A model generated the notes under the pieces. It did no database searches. It saw nothing but the letters and a program-made list of their open reading frames with translations, and was not told where the DNA came from. The position numbers and the translations under genes were made by a program. This document shows positions 17,951 through 27,632 of a stretch of DNA of 64,000 bases, piece by piece. Each line of letters starts with the position of its first letter. Within the stretch, counting starts at the first letter, position 1. The DNA is from Phycisphaerae bacterium (lineage in GTDB: Bacteria > Planctomycetota > Phycisphaerae > UBA1845 > Fen-1342): NCBI GenBank assembly GCA_963675745.2, contig CAXXWX010000027.1, positions 160,001-224,000 of the forward strand. Reading direction: 5' to 3'.

Positions 17951-20152
17951 CTACGGGCCTCGCGGCTCGAGTTGGGGCGGGGCCATGACGAAGCCCACCG
18001 TGTCATTGACCAGCCGTTCGTGAAGGCGCTGCGCTTCCTTGACCACCACATCCATGCGGCTGTCCAGTTTGCCGAGCTGTGCGCGAATGCGCGCCTGGGC
18101 ACCACGGCGCGCGCCGCTGTGGTACTCATCGACCAGGTCTGAATACTCCTGACGAAGGGCGGTGTACTGATCCCACTTGGCGGCCAATCCCTGGTTCAGC
18201 ATCTCGATAAGTTTGCTCTGCGCGATCCCGATCGAAAGCCGGTCCGCGATGTCCAGGTCGCGCTCGAGCTCGCGCAGCTCGCGCGTCTTGCGGTTCTCAT
18301 TGATTTCAGGGAACTCCTCCATGCGCGCGTCGATCTCGACCAGCATCTGCCGGGCCACATCCCGACTGGCGCGCCACATCGCGTCCGGCGTGCTGAGCGG
18401 GGCGCCCATATACTGGTGGTCGGGAAAACGCTCCATCACCGCCAGGTAACCGCCCGCAAGCAGCCCCACATCATCGTCGCGCGCCACGCCGCGGAACTGC
18501 TTGGCGGCGTCGGCATAGTCCCCCAGGCGCAGCGTGTTAACGGCTTGCAGCAGCTTGACCTGCGCCTGATACGCGCCGTGCTTCCGCATGAAGCCCTTCC
18601 GCACTTCCTCCAGCAGCGGACCAGCTCGCTCCCAGTCGGGGCTGTCGAGCACTTCGGCGATCTCTCGGATCTCGTCGTCCTTGATATCCAGCCGCTCCAC
18701 CAGCCGCCGCCCACTGGCGTTGTAGTACGCCCATTCGACAATTCGCAAGTCAACGCGCTCGGCCGCCGCCAGGTTGAGCTCAAGCGGGGCAGCCGACCAG
18801 GTTGTTACCGCCTTCACCGGCTTCCCACCCATCTTGCCGCGCAGCCGCTCCCCACTGCGCGTCTCGACGGTGCGCTGGTCGTTCTTGTAGGCGCGAATGG
18901 TCTCGATGTCGGATACGGCATAGTGCGCGTCGTCAATCACCACTTCGCCGTCGATATCCGCGACGCTCAGCACGTTCTGATCTGCGCTGACCACCGCCCC
19001 TGTCCCCGAGAGCAGGGGGACCACCTGCGTGCGATATGGGAATGCCAGCACCGAGATGCCGCGCAGCGAGGTGGCCTTCTCTTTGCCGGCCAATTCAAAA
19101 CGCAACTCCGCTTCCGCCGCGGCGAAGGTCAGTTGGTCCCCGCCATCCATGATGACCGTCGCCGAATCGCCGTCCACAAACAGGTAGGCGGCCTGGCTGA
19201 ACGGTACTTCATAGGTTCCCAGCTCGGTCTCGACAGTCAGCGAATCGGTCAGCAGCTTGGCCTTGCGCACCGTGCCGTCCGGATGGTGAATCACCACGGT
19301 CTCTTCGTCCGATTCCCGCTCAAAGGTCGGCAGGCGCAGGATGCCGTTCTGATCGAGGAAAATGTCGGCAAACGGAAATATGTCAGCCTGCTTGGAAATA
19401 ACCTCCTTCTCGAACGCCGCCTTGAGAAACTGCTTGAGCAGATGGGCCGGCACCGCCCCGGAACGGTCCTTCTCTCCCTGTCTGAAACGCTTGTGTGTCG
19501 CGATACCGATCAACTGCCCGGCCCGGCTGGTCACCGGCCCGCCGCTGTTGCCGGGATGCACCTCGGCGTCCGTCTCGACATAGCTGATCGCCCCGCTCGT
19601 CGTACGCATCAGCTCGGTGACCTCGCCGCGCGTGATCACCACGCCCGTTCCGCGCGCGCCGGCCGCCGGGAACCCCGTGACCTGGGCTTTCAGCCCTTCG
19701 ACCAGCATTCCGTCCGGGATCAGCGAGATGAAGTATGGCGTCTTGGGGAATTCGCCGTCCTCGGCCTTGAGCTGGAGAATGGCGAGGTCGGTGGATTCGA
19801 CGTGGTGCAGGAGCTCCGCATCCACGCGGTGCTCCTGGTCAGTGCCGGGGTAGACCAGGATGTAGTAATTCGCCTTGGTCATTCCGTGGCTGGTCATCTG
19901 GAGCCGCTCCTGCACTGATTTGCCGTGCATCGCGTCAACCACGTGGTTATTGGTGATAACCAGACCGTTGCGGTTGATGAAGAAACCGGTGCCCTGGCCT
20001 CCCGTGTTCGAGCCCGGCACTTCGCGTATGACCAGCACCGTTGCGCGCTTTACGCGTTCTCCGATTGAGACCGGCCCCGCGGCGACGGCCTGGTCGAGCA
20101 TGAGCGTCCCCGCCAGCAGCGCCAGGCATTTCACGGTCCATGATCGCTTCAT
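17951..20152 (-). CDS. Secreted trypsin-like (S1) serine protease with long C-terminal extension
   Basis: Signal peptide from ATG 20152; GTGFFI, TNNHVV (His), DLAIL (Asp), GNSGGP (Ser); helical and coiled-coil C-terminus. Confidence 0.9.
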   Translation of the reverse strand: MKRSWTVKCLALLAGTLMLDQAVAAGPVSIGERVKRATVLVIREVPGSNTGGQGTGFFINRNGLVITNNHVVDAMHGKSVQERLQMTSHGMTKANYYILVYPGTDQEHRVDAELLHHVESTDLAILQLKAEDGEFPKTPYFISLIPDGMLVEGLKAQVTGFPAAGARGTGVVITRGEVTELMRTTSGAISYVETDAEVHPGNSGGPVTSRAGQLIGIATHKRFRQGEKDRSGAVPAHLLKQFLKAAFEKEVISKQADIFPFADIFLDQNGILRLPTFERESDEETVVIHHPDGTVRKAKLLTDSLTVETELGTYEVPFSQAAYLFVDGDSATVIMDGGDQLTFAAAEAELRFELAGKEKATSLRGISVLAFPYRTQVVPLLSGTGAVVSADQNVLSVADIDGEVVIDDAHYAVSDIETIRAYKNDQRTVETRSGERLRGKMGGKPVKAVTTWSAAPLELNLAAAERVDLRIVEWAYYNASGRRLVERLDIKDDEIREIAEVLDSPDWERAGPLLEEVRKGFMRKHGAYQAQVKLLQAVNTLRLGDYADAAKQFRGVARDDDVGLLAGGYLAVMERFPDHQYMGAPLSTPDAMWRASRDVARQMLVEIDARMEEFPEINENRKTRELRELERDLDIADRLSIGIAQSKLIEMLNQGLAAKWDQYTALRQEYSDLVDEYHSGARRGAQARIRAQLGKLDSRMDVVVKEAQRLHERLVNDTVGFVMAPPQLEPRGP

Positions 20153-20525
20153 CGCTCGTCTCCAACTACGCGTGCGAAACCCCAAGAAGTGCAACACCAT
20201 CACCCCGACTTTATAAGACGCCGCCCCGCCGTCAAGCTGATTCCCGGTGATTGAGCGGGATGGCGCCGGGCATTCGTGGAGACTTGGCACGGCGGTTGTG
20301 TCAAACGTGAGCGAGTTGGATACCGTACGGTGCGCCCCGCTGACCACTCGTGGCGTCCGCGTGCCGGCGGCGGTGCGCATAAAGGAGCGGTGCCCGGCAT
20401 GCCTGCCACACGCCGAACACCGCTCTAACCCCCCTAAGCGGCGGCTCTCTCCCCGGCCCCCCCGCGGGCGATCGACGGCTTGTCAACCGTCGATCCTTGG
20501 GCCGGCCCGCGCCGCGGCCGCGAGA

Positions 20526-20723
20526 TTATTCGTCGCCCGTCAAGAGGTCGTAAACCGAGTAGTCATAGCCGTAGGGCGAGAAGTCCATCGGCTCCACGGT
20601 CGGCGTCATGAAGTCGCCGGCTTCGACGTAATCGTCACAGCCGGTGCCGAGCGTCCCAAGCACGATGGCGGCGATAGTGACAACCAGCGTAACGACGTTC
20701 TTGCGGGTGTTGGTGCGAGTCAC
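20526..20723 (-). CDS. Small putative lipoprotein (about 65 aa)
   Basis: AAAGGAG RBS 7 nt before GTG 20723; basic N-region, hydrophobic stretch, LGTG-C lipobox, acidic tail. Confidence 0.6.
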   Translation of the reverse strand: MTRTNTRKNVVTLVVTIAAIVLGTLGTGCDDYVEAGDFMTPTVEPMDFSPYGYDYSVYDLLTGDE

Positions 20724-20937
20724 GGTCAAGCTCCTTTGGTAGGCAAACACTGTTTCACTCTCCCGGGTGACCGCCGCTTGCGTTCACCTCATGAGAACAT
20801 TGCCGCCGGAGAGAGGTTTCTGACAAAACCCGCTAAAAAAAGTCCGCCGGGTGGCGTTGGTGGCGTGGCGCGCTGCTCGCGAAATGGTGCGGAGAAGCGT
20901 ATAATCGGCGAATGAACCGCATCATCATGCAGGTTAC

Positions 20938-23793
20938 GTGATGGGCGCGGATCGCCACTCCCTCTCAAGGAGCCCGATTGTGGACGCTCTAAATGCCCGA
21001 TTCCATCTATCACTCGCCCTCGCGGCCGCCGCCCTCGCCTCTTTGGCCGTCGCCGGCCAGCACGAAACGCTGCTACGCCGCTATGTGCCCATCACGGCGT
21101 ACGAAGACTACAGCGATGCGGTCAGCGTTGACGCGAACCGCCGCTATACCTACATGGATGTCGAAGACACGCACATCAGCGCCGCGACCCCCGACCTGAA
21201 CTTCGGCCACAGTCCGCAACTGGTGATCAGCGACGGCGCGCGCGATCGAATCCTGATCGCGTTCGAGCAGCTTTATCGCGCCTTAACCGTCGGCAGCGAG
21301 GTCACCGATGTTGAGCTGATCCTGGTACCCGCCGCCGATCTCGATCTTGACGCCGTCGTCGAGCTGCATCGCGTATTGCTCCCTTGGCGTGATGGCGGCG
21401 GTACGGGTACGCGCCTGGTCGGGGCGGTCACCTACAACGACCGTTTCGCCGCCGAACCCAGGTTTCGTCGCGCCTGGACAACGCCCGGCGGCGATGCGGA
21501 TCGCGCGGAACAGCCCAGCTTGCGCGGCAGGCTGCGCGACTTCTTCGACGCTGATACCGGCCGCCTGGTCCTCTCGGGACCGGGGCTCGTCGATGACGTC
21601 AAGCTCTGGCGAGGGCGACACTATCGCAACTATGGTTGGGCAATCTCGATCGCCGACGCACCGACGACCGAAGAGGGCAAGGCGCGTCCGCCGCTGGCGT
21701 TCCACTCGTCCGACGTGCTCGAAGAAGCACACCGGCCGGCGTTGCGTGTGGTCTATGTGGACAAACCCCTGGTGAAGCCCGCGCTGCCCGACCTGGACGT
21801 CACCTTCATCGAGCGTACGCCACGTTACTACCGCTACAACGATAACGGCCGCACCAGTTACGTGCGCCAGGACTTCCACGGCGACACACCCGGCATCATG
21901 CTGCATCCGGACTATGAGCGGTATCAGAAGCACCCCGAACCAGGTGACTTGGTTGTATTCATCGCGCACATCAAGAACGCCAGCGACGTCCCGTTCTCCG
22001 GGCCGCTGACCTACCACTGGCGGATCAATGAGCGGGTGGTGAAGCAACGTGCGTCAAACGCCGCCGGCACTGAGGATGGTGTGACCGCCGAGCCGGTGAC
22101 GGTGACAATTGCACCCTGGGACGAGATCACGACGCGACTCGAGTGGGAATGGGATGTTGATCTCGCCGATCCGCGCAAGGTCGTGCTCGAGTTCGAGGTT
22201 GATCCCGAGGGCGCGATCGCGGAGATCACCGAGAATAACAACGCGCTGACGAAATACGTCGCCGGCCGCACGTTGAAGTACTGGGTGGAGCGAAGTGTGT
22301 ACGAATACGTGAAGGACTACGTCTCCTGCTGGGGTTCGTATTCATTCGAGGACTATTTGCAGTGGCACGTCGATGTATGGAACGAGACGTATTTCTGCAA
22401 GTCGCGCTTTGACGATTTCGCGCCGGACGGCGGACTGCCGCGCGTCACGCTCGATGATTTCGAGATTGTGCCGGACGGTGTCCTTCAAGGCGGCATCCAC
22501 CGCCCTGAGGACGAACTTGACCCCCGTTTTGACGGAGAATGGGGCACGACCTGGGCCAAGGTGCGCGAACCCGACAAGACCGATGAACAGTTGCGCGACT
22601 ACTACTGGTTTCTCCAGCGCCACCGCGTCGTGCTCGAGCCCTCGCTGCTCCACGAATGTTCGCACCAGGTCTGGGGGGCGTACGACATTTACTGGTCCAA
22701 CATTGAGCCCTCCGAACCCACGAAGCCGGTCGGCAAGTGCAAAATCACCGACGAGACCGGCAATTATATCACGCGCGGCGGTTTCTATGTCTTCACCGGA
22801 CTGATGGGCGGCGGCGATACGCGGCCCACGCCCGAGTATTCACAGGGAACCGGGCTTTACGCCGCCAACTCCATCGGCGGCGCAAACGCCAACACGCCTT
22901 TCCGCAACGGGTTCTTTGGCGAATGGCAGTATGACCTGCCCGAAAAGTGCTTCCTGAAGATCACCTCGCGTGACGGTGTGCCCCTGGCCGGAGCCAAGGT
23001 CTCGGCCTGGCAGCAGACCTGGAAGGGAATCCTCGACGAGAATCTGGTCTTTGAAGACCTCGCGGTTGATTCGGACGGCATCCTCCTGTTGCCTGATCAG
23101 GACTCGCTCGAGTCCGAAGACCGCACCACGGTGACCGGGCACACTCTCCGCAAAGCCAACCCCTGGGGGCGCATCGACGTGGTTGGTCAAAACGTCACGC
23201 TGATGCTGCGCGTAGACTATCAAAACCAGCGCGATTATCAGCTTGTGCGGGTCACCAGCTTTAACCGGGCGTTCTGGATGGGGCATCATGACCAATGGAC
23301 TCACCCCCTGCCGTGCCGAATCTCGCCAGCGCCAGACATCGACTTGAACACCAATGTCGCCGTCGGTGCGACGGTGCGCGCATCGCAGGAGTCAGCCGAC
23401 GCAGCGCTGCTCGTCGATGACCAGGTCGAGACACATTGGCGCTCAAGGGGCGCCAACGCCGGCGACTACATTGAGATTGTCCTTGCGCAACCCAGGAATG
23501 TCGGCATCGTCCGGCTGGTGCAGGACGGGGCCAACCCGGCCGACTTCTTCGGGCGATTTGTGATCACAACCAAGCCTGACGCGAGCCCTGGCACGCCTTC
23601 TCAACCGTTCGATGAGCAAGGTCCGATACGATTCAACTACGCGATGTCGTTCGAGAAGGATGTCAGTCCGACACGGCCCAGCGAGCGATGGGTCACTTAT
23701 GCCGCTACGCCTCGAACAGCCCAGGTGATCCGAATAGAAGCAGTCGAACCCGGTCCGACAGATCTTAGCGAGGTGCGCGTCTTCGCCAGGTGA
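20938..23793 (+). CDS. Large secreted multidomain protein (DNRLRE-like, CARDB-like, HExxH, discoidin-like)
   Basis: Signal-like LSLALAAAALASLAVAG; EDTHIS...PDLNFG...RPALRVVY; PDLDVTFI...VDPEGAIAEITENNN; LLHECSH; C-terminal N(V)A.GATVRAS...LVDD...THW. Start uncertain. Confidence 0.8.
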   Translation: MMGADRHSLSRSPIVDALNARFHLSLALAAAALASLAVAGQHETLLRRYVPITAYEDYSDAVSVDANRRYTYMDVEDTHISAATPDLNFGHSPQLVISDGARDRILIAFEQLYRALTVGSEVTDVELILVPAADLDLDAVVELHRVLLPWRDGGGTGTRLVGAVTYNDRFAAEPRFRRAWTTPGGDADRAEQPSLRGRLRDFFDADTGRLVLSGPGLVDDVKLWRGRHYRNYGWAISIADAPTTEEGKARPPLAFHSSDVLEEAHRPALRVVYVDKPLVKPALPDLDVTFIERTPRYYRYNDNGRTSYVRQDFHGDTPGIMLHPDYERYQKHPEPGDLVVFIAHIKNASDVPFSGPLTYHWRINERVVKQRASNAAGTEDGVTAEPVTVTIAPWDEITTRLEWEWDVDLADPRKVVLEFEVDPEGAIAEITENNNALTKYVAGRTLKYWVERSVYEYVKDYVSCWGSYSFEDYLQWHVDVWNETYFCKSRFDDFAPDGGLPRVTLDDFEIVPDGVLQGGIHRPEDELDPRFDGEWGTTWAKVREPDKTDEQLRDYYWFLQRHRVVLEPSLLHECSHQVWGAYDIYWSNIEPSEPTKPVGKCKITDETGNYITRGGFYVFTGLMGGGDTRPTPEYSQGTGLYAANSIGGANANTPFRNGFFGEWQYDLPEKCFLKITSRDGVPLAGAKVSAWQQTWKGILDENLVFEDLAVDSDGILLLPDQDSLESEDRTTVTGHTLRKANPWGRIDVVGQNVTLMLRVDYQNQRDYQLVRVTSFNRAFWMGHHDQWTHPLPCRISPAPDIDLNTNVAVGATVRASQESADAALLVDDQVETHWRSRGANAGDYIEIVLAQPRNVGIVRLVQDGANPADFFGRFVITTKPDASPGTPSQPFDEQGPIRFNYAMSFEKDVSPTRPSERWVTYAATPRTAQVIRIEAVEPGPTDLSEVRVFAR

Positions 23794-23838
23794 CGCCGGG
23801 AGTCCGCACGGAGAAACCGGCGGCAATCAGAGACCGGC

Positions 23839-23868
23839 TTGACGCGATCTATACGCAACTGGTACCAT
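23839..23868 (+). promoter_or_regulatory. Putative sigma70 promoter for the PEP-CTERM gene
   Basis: TTGACG-N18-TACCAT. Confidence 0.45.
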
Positions 23869-24149
23869 CAAGTTCGTGTTGTTGTCCAAGGACAGGCTCG
23901 CACACCGGCCCTGCTCTTGCTGACGGTGGGAGTGAGAAGCAACTTCATCCCTCGCCCAGCCATGGTGCGCCGGTTCGTGGCGCGCTTGCGGTTCATGCGC
24001 GCACGCGTGATCCTGACCGGCCGTTGAGGACGCCGGTTGGCGCCCCGAACAACACTTGGAAGAGATGGAGACCCGCGGGTTGGCCATGCCGTGTCGTGCG
24101 CGTCGCCCGACTCCAAACCGCGGACGGCTTAGCTTCGGGAGGAGCAATT

Positions 24150-24763
24150 ATGAGGAGAGCGTTATTGGTTCTGACAGCGGCCGCGCTGATCGCGCCGCTG
24201 GCAATGGCGGATGATCTCAATCCGCCGGCGTGGCGTGGAGCGCCGGGCTCCACGTTCCAACACTGGAATTTCGACAATGGCCCATACAGCCAGCCGATCG
24301 CCCCGGATATGGTTGACAATCCCTACGGAAGCCCCGCTGCTTGATTCCGCGTATGGGGACTACGAAGTGCTGCCCAGCTACGGTGGACGCGACGGGGTTC
24401 TTCAACGCGTTCTACGATTGGGAAGAGATCGAGCTCTTCATCCCGAATCAGCCCATCGAGAACGACTACAAGGAAATCATCCTGCAAGTCGTCTGGCATT
24501 GGGATGGACCGCCCGGCTACTCCTGGGAGCCGCAAGGGACAATCATTGATTCAGATCTCAGTGTGCCGCTGGGAGATGACTGGTACTATGATTACATCCA
24601 CTACCGTTACGACTACAATCCCGACTGCGAAACCCTCACACTCACCAACGACTTTGGTGACCTTTACATCGATCAGATTGTGATCGATACGATCTGTGCC
24701 CCCGAGCCGGCCTCGCTTAGCCTGCTCGCGCTGGCGGGCCTGCTGATCATGCGGCGCCGCTAG
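24150..24763 (+). CDS. PEP-CTERM sorting-domain protein, frameshifted twice (pseudogene or sequence error)
   Basis: GGAGGAG RBS; MRRALLVLTAAALIAPLAMADDLNPPAWRG; reading frame shifts +1 near 24335 and +1 near 24397; ends CAPEPASLSLLALAGLLIMRRR. Confidence 0.85.
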
Positions 24764-24790
24764 ACATTCGTTTGTCGTAATCAGCAAACC

Positions 24791-24824
24791 ACAAGGGCCG
24801 TCCACCTCGGGCGGCCCTTTGTCG
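24791..24824 (+). terminator. Putative intrinsic terminator hairpin
   Basis: AAGGGCCGTCC-ACCTC-GGGCGGCCCTT followed by TGT, just after the PEP-CTERM stop. Confidence 0.5.
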
Positions 24825-25221
24825 CTGGTCTCCAGCGTGCTCTCAGTGGTTGTGAGCACATTGGCACCGAACGTTATAGGACTCCCCGCTCTCCTCGACT
24901 TCATAAACGCCGGGCTTCCGCACGACTCCCTTTTCGCCCTCGTGCTTGACGTGCGCACTCCAGGGGGGTTAACTTAGCGTAAGCGGCGGTTTCTGAGCTT
25001 CCCCAAGCGGGAATCTAGATATCGCCGGTCGAGCCATGGGGATGTGGGATGGGTGCATAACTTCTGGCCAGCGGCGGCGCGACCCTGTTTCAGACGCGGG
25101 GAGGTTCTGAGTGCGCCGCTTCCACGCCGCCGTGCAGGTGAGTTGCGAAGACTGGCGCCGCCAATTACGGCGGCGGATCTGCCAATAACGGAGCGGACCG
25201 GCTCCACGCGAGGAGAATCCG

Positions 25222-27588
25222 ATGTCAGGGAACTGCGTCAATCTGATCGTCACCGCTGCACTTGTCGTGTCAACCGCCGCCGCGGGGTACAACATCGATC
25301 TGGGCGATATTGCGATCGGAGGTGATGGCACCGGTTCCGCAGTCGACGGGAGCGGCGTGAAGGTCGTGACCGGACAGACTCCTGGATCCCCTGACGCCCG
25401 GCGGTCGCACCACCGGCGGGCCTCTGTTCACGGCGACCGATGGCACAGGACGGGGCGGTCGACTTTCCATTCGTCGACGGTGTGTTCATTCCTAATGGGA
25501 CGACGCAGATCCAGAGTGATGGCTCCGCATTCGACTTTCCCAACACGGCTGGTGACACTTGGGACGCTATCCGCGGCGCCGCCGCGCTCTACGCCGAAAC
25601 GACTAATTCAGTCCGCCCCATCCAACTGGCTGACCAACCGGATGTTGACCGGCGCGGGCTCGGGATGCACTCCAACACCGGCATCACATTTGACCTCGAG
25701 GCCTTGCGCGATGCCGGGCACAAGTTCAACCGATTCGTCGGGGTCGGCGGCATCAACTTCACAGCCTCAGGCAACTCGGGCACCGATTTCACACTCCGGG
25801 TTCTGGTCGACGGGGAGGTCCGCTATCAACAGGCATTCCGCAATTCTGCGAACCAATGTTGATGAGATCGAGGTGTGGATCGTTGAGGCAGACCGCTTCC
25901 TGACGCTCGCGGTGACCGACCTCGACCGCTCAAACAGCGGCGATCATGCGGCAATCGCGGACGCCGCCCTGCTGACGGTCGAACAGCTCGACCTTGGCGA
26001 CATTGCGGCCGGTGGTGATGGCTATGGCGCCGCGACCGACGGACTCGGCCTGCACATCGCAACGGGGCAAATCGTGGACCCGGACACGTTCGGAGGCGCT
26101 ACGTCCGGTGGACCTCTGTTCACGGCCACCGACGGCACGGGGGGAGCTGTCGATTTTCCGCTTGTTGATGGTGTGTTCCTCCCGAACGGGACAACGCAGA
26201 TCCGCACAGACGGGTCAACCTTCGACTTTCCCGCCACGGATGGCAACAACTGGGACGCGATCCGCAACGCCGCCGCGCATTATGGCTTCACAACCCCGGA
26301 GTTGCAGCCGATCCAGCTTGCCGATCAGCCGGGCGTCGACCGGCGTGGACTTGGCATACACGCCAACGCCGGCATCACGTTTGATCTCGAGGCCATACGC
26401 AACACCGGACACTATGTGAACCAATTCACCGGCGTCGCCGGCATCAACTTCACGGCCGTAGACGGCCCGTACGCGGACTTTACTGTCTGGGTCCTGCTGG
26501 ACGGCGAAGTACGCTACGAGCAATCGTTCAGTTGGGATGGACTGACATACGAGGCGTTTTCGGTGCCGATCATGGAATCTGACGAGTTCCTGACCATCGC
26601 GACGACCGACTTCAACGCCTGGTTTCACACGGATCAAGCCGCGATCGCCGACGCCACACTGCGAAAGATCGACCTTGCGTCGTGCTGTCTGCCAGGCCAG
26701 GTATGCCAGGTCTTGGATGAGGCGACCTGCATCGACCAGGGCGGCTACTGGCTCCCTAATGTGCCGAACTGCGACGACAACCCCTGCGCGGCTATCTACT
26801 ACGCACCCGGTGAGGCCAACGCCTGGGACAACACCGCACCGATGATTCCCCAGGGCGATGGTACACATCATTACGAAGTCGTCGGGTTTGTTGACCCATC
26901 GCCGGCAACCAGTCTCTTTGACATTCTAAGCGTTGCGGGTGATTGGGGCTCGACGATCTACCCGTTCGGCTTCCAGTGGCTGACTCTTGACGCGAACGGA
27001 GACAACACACTGATCCTGGACACCAACACCTATGCGGATGGTTGGATGCCCGAGACAAACCGTGTGAAGGTGGCCTACGAGCCCGCCACGTTCTGGACCG
27101 CGATCGGCGACTGGCAATCGCAGATCGGTGGCTATGACTGGGACAACGCCAACCCGAACACCGCAATGACTCACGAGGTCGATGGCATTTACTATCTCGA
27201 TGCAGCGCTGGCCCCCGGCGACTACGAATACCAGGCCGTCGTAACCGGCACGTGGGATGGCATCGGCACCAACAGCCGTAACGTCAACACGGATAGCCTC
27301 CCCTTCAACGTCCCAGGTACGGGCGGTGTGGTGAACATGTGGGTGGATGTGATCGAGGGCACCATCAAGGTCGAGGTCGTTCCCTACTGTATGGCGCCCG
27401 GTGATTCGAACTGTGATGGCTACGTCAACAGCGGAGACATAGACCCGTTCGTCATAGCGCTGACGCAAGACCAAGCCGATTGGGAAGCGCTCTACGACTG
27501 CGACTTCCTGTGCGCGAACGATGTAAACGGCGACGGCTTTGTTACCAGCGGCGACATCGACCCGTTTGTCCTGCTGCTCGGACGGTAG
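25222..27588 (+). CDS. Secreted protein: two tandem NPCBM-like beta domains, Cys-rich linker, starch-binding-like modules and dockerin-like tail; first repeat frameshifted
   Basis: GAGGAG RBS and signal peptide. Repeat 2 (LDLGDIAAGGDG...HANAGITFDL...DQAAIADA) has a homologous repeat 1 split across frames (25440-25862 ORF). Also CCLPGQVCQ...C...GGYW and GDSNCDG...DIDPFV twice. Confidence 0.8.
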   Translation: MSGNCVNLIVTAALVVSTAAAGYNIDLGDIAIGGDGTGSAVDGSGVKVVTGQTPGSPDARRSHHRRASVHGDRWHRTGRSTFHSSTVCSFLMGRRRSRVMAPHSTFPTRLVTLGTLSAAPPRSTPKRLIQSAPSNWLTNRMLTGAGSGCTPTPASHLTSRPCAMPGTSSTDSSGSAASTSQPQATRAPISHSGFWSTGRSAINRHSAILRTNVDEIEVWIVEADRFLTLAVTDLDRSNSGDHAAIADAALLTVEQLDLGDIAAGGDGYGAATDGLGLHIATGQIVDPDTFGGATSGGPLFTATDGTGGAVDFPLVDGVFLPNGTTQIRTDGSTFDFPATDGNNWDAIRNAAAHYGFTTPELQPIQLADQPGVDRRGLGIHANAGITFDLEAIRNTGHYVNQFTGVAGINFTAVDGPYADFTVWVLLDGEVRYEQSFSWDGLTYEAFSVPIMESDEFLTIATTDFNAWFHTDQAAIADATLRKIDLASCCLPGQVCQVLDEATCIDQGGYWLPNVPNCDDNPCAAIYYAPGEANAWDNTAPMIPQGDGTHHYEVVGFVDPSPATSLFDILSVAGDWGSTIYPFGFQWLTLDANGDNTLILDTNTYADGWMPETNRVKVAYEPATFWTAIGDWQSQIGGYDWDNANPNTAMTHEVDGIYYLDAALAPGDYEYQAVVTGTWDGIGTNSRNVNTDSLPFNVPGTGGVVNMWVDVIEGTIKVEVVPYCMAPGDSNCDGYVNSGDIDPFVIALTQDQADWEALYDCDFLCANDVNGDGFVTSGDIDPFVLLLGR

Positions 27589-27632
27589 CCTGCGCGCAAC
27601 CGCGCACTCCGCGGTGTTCGCCGTTGGCGAGT

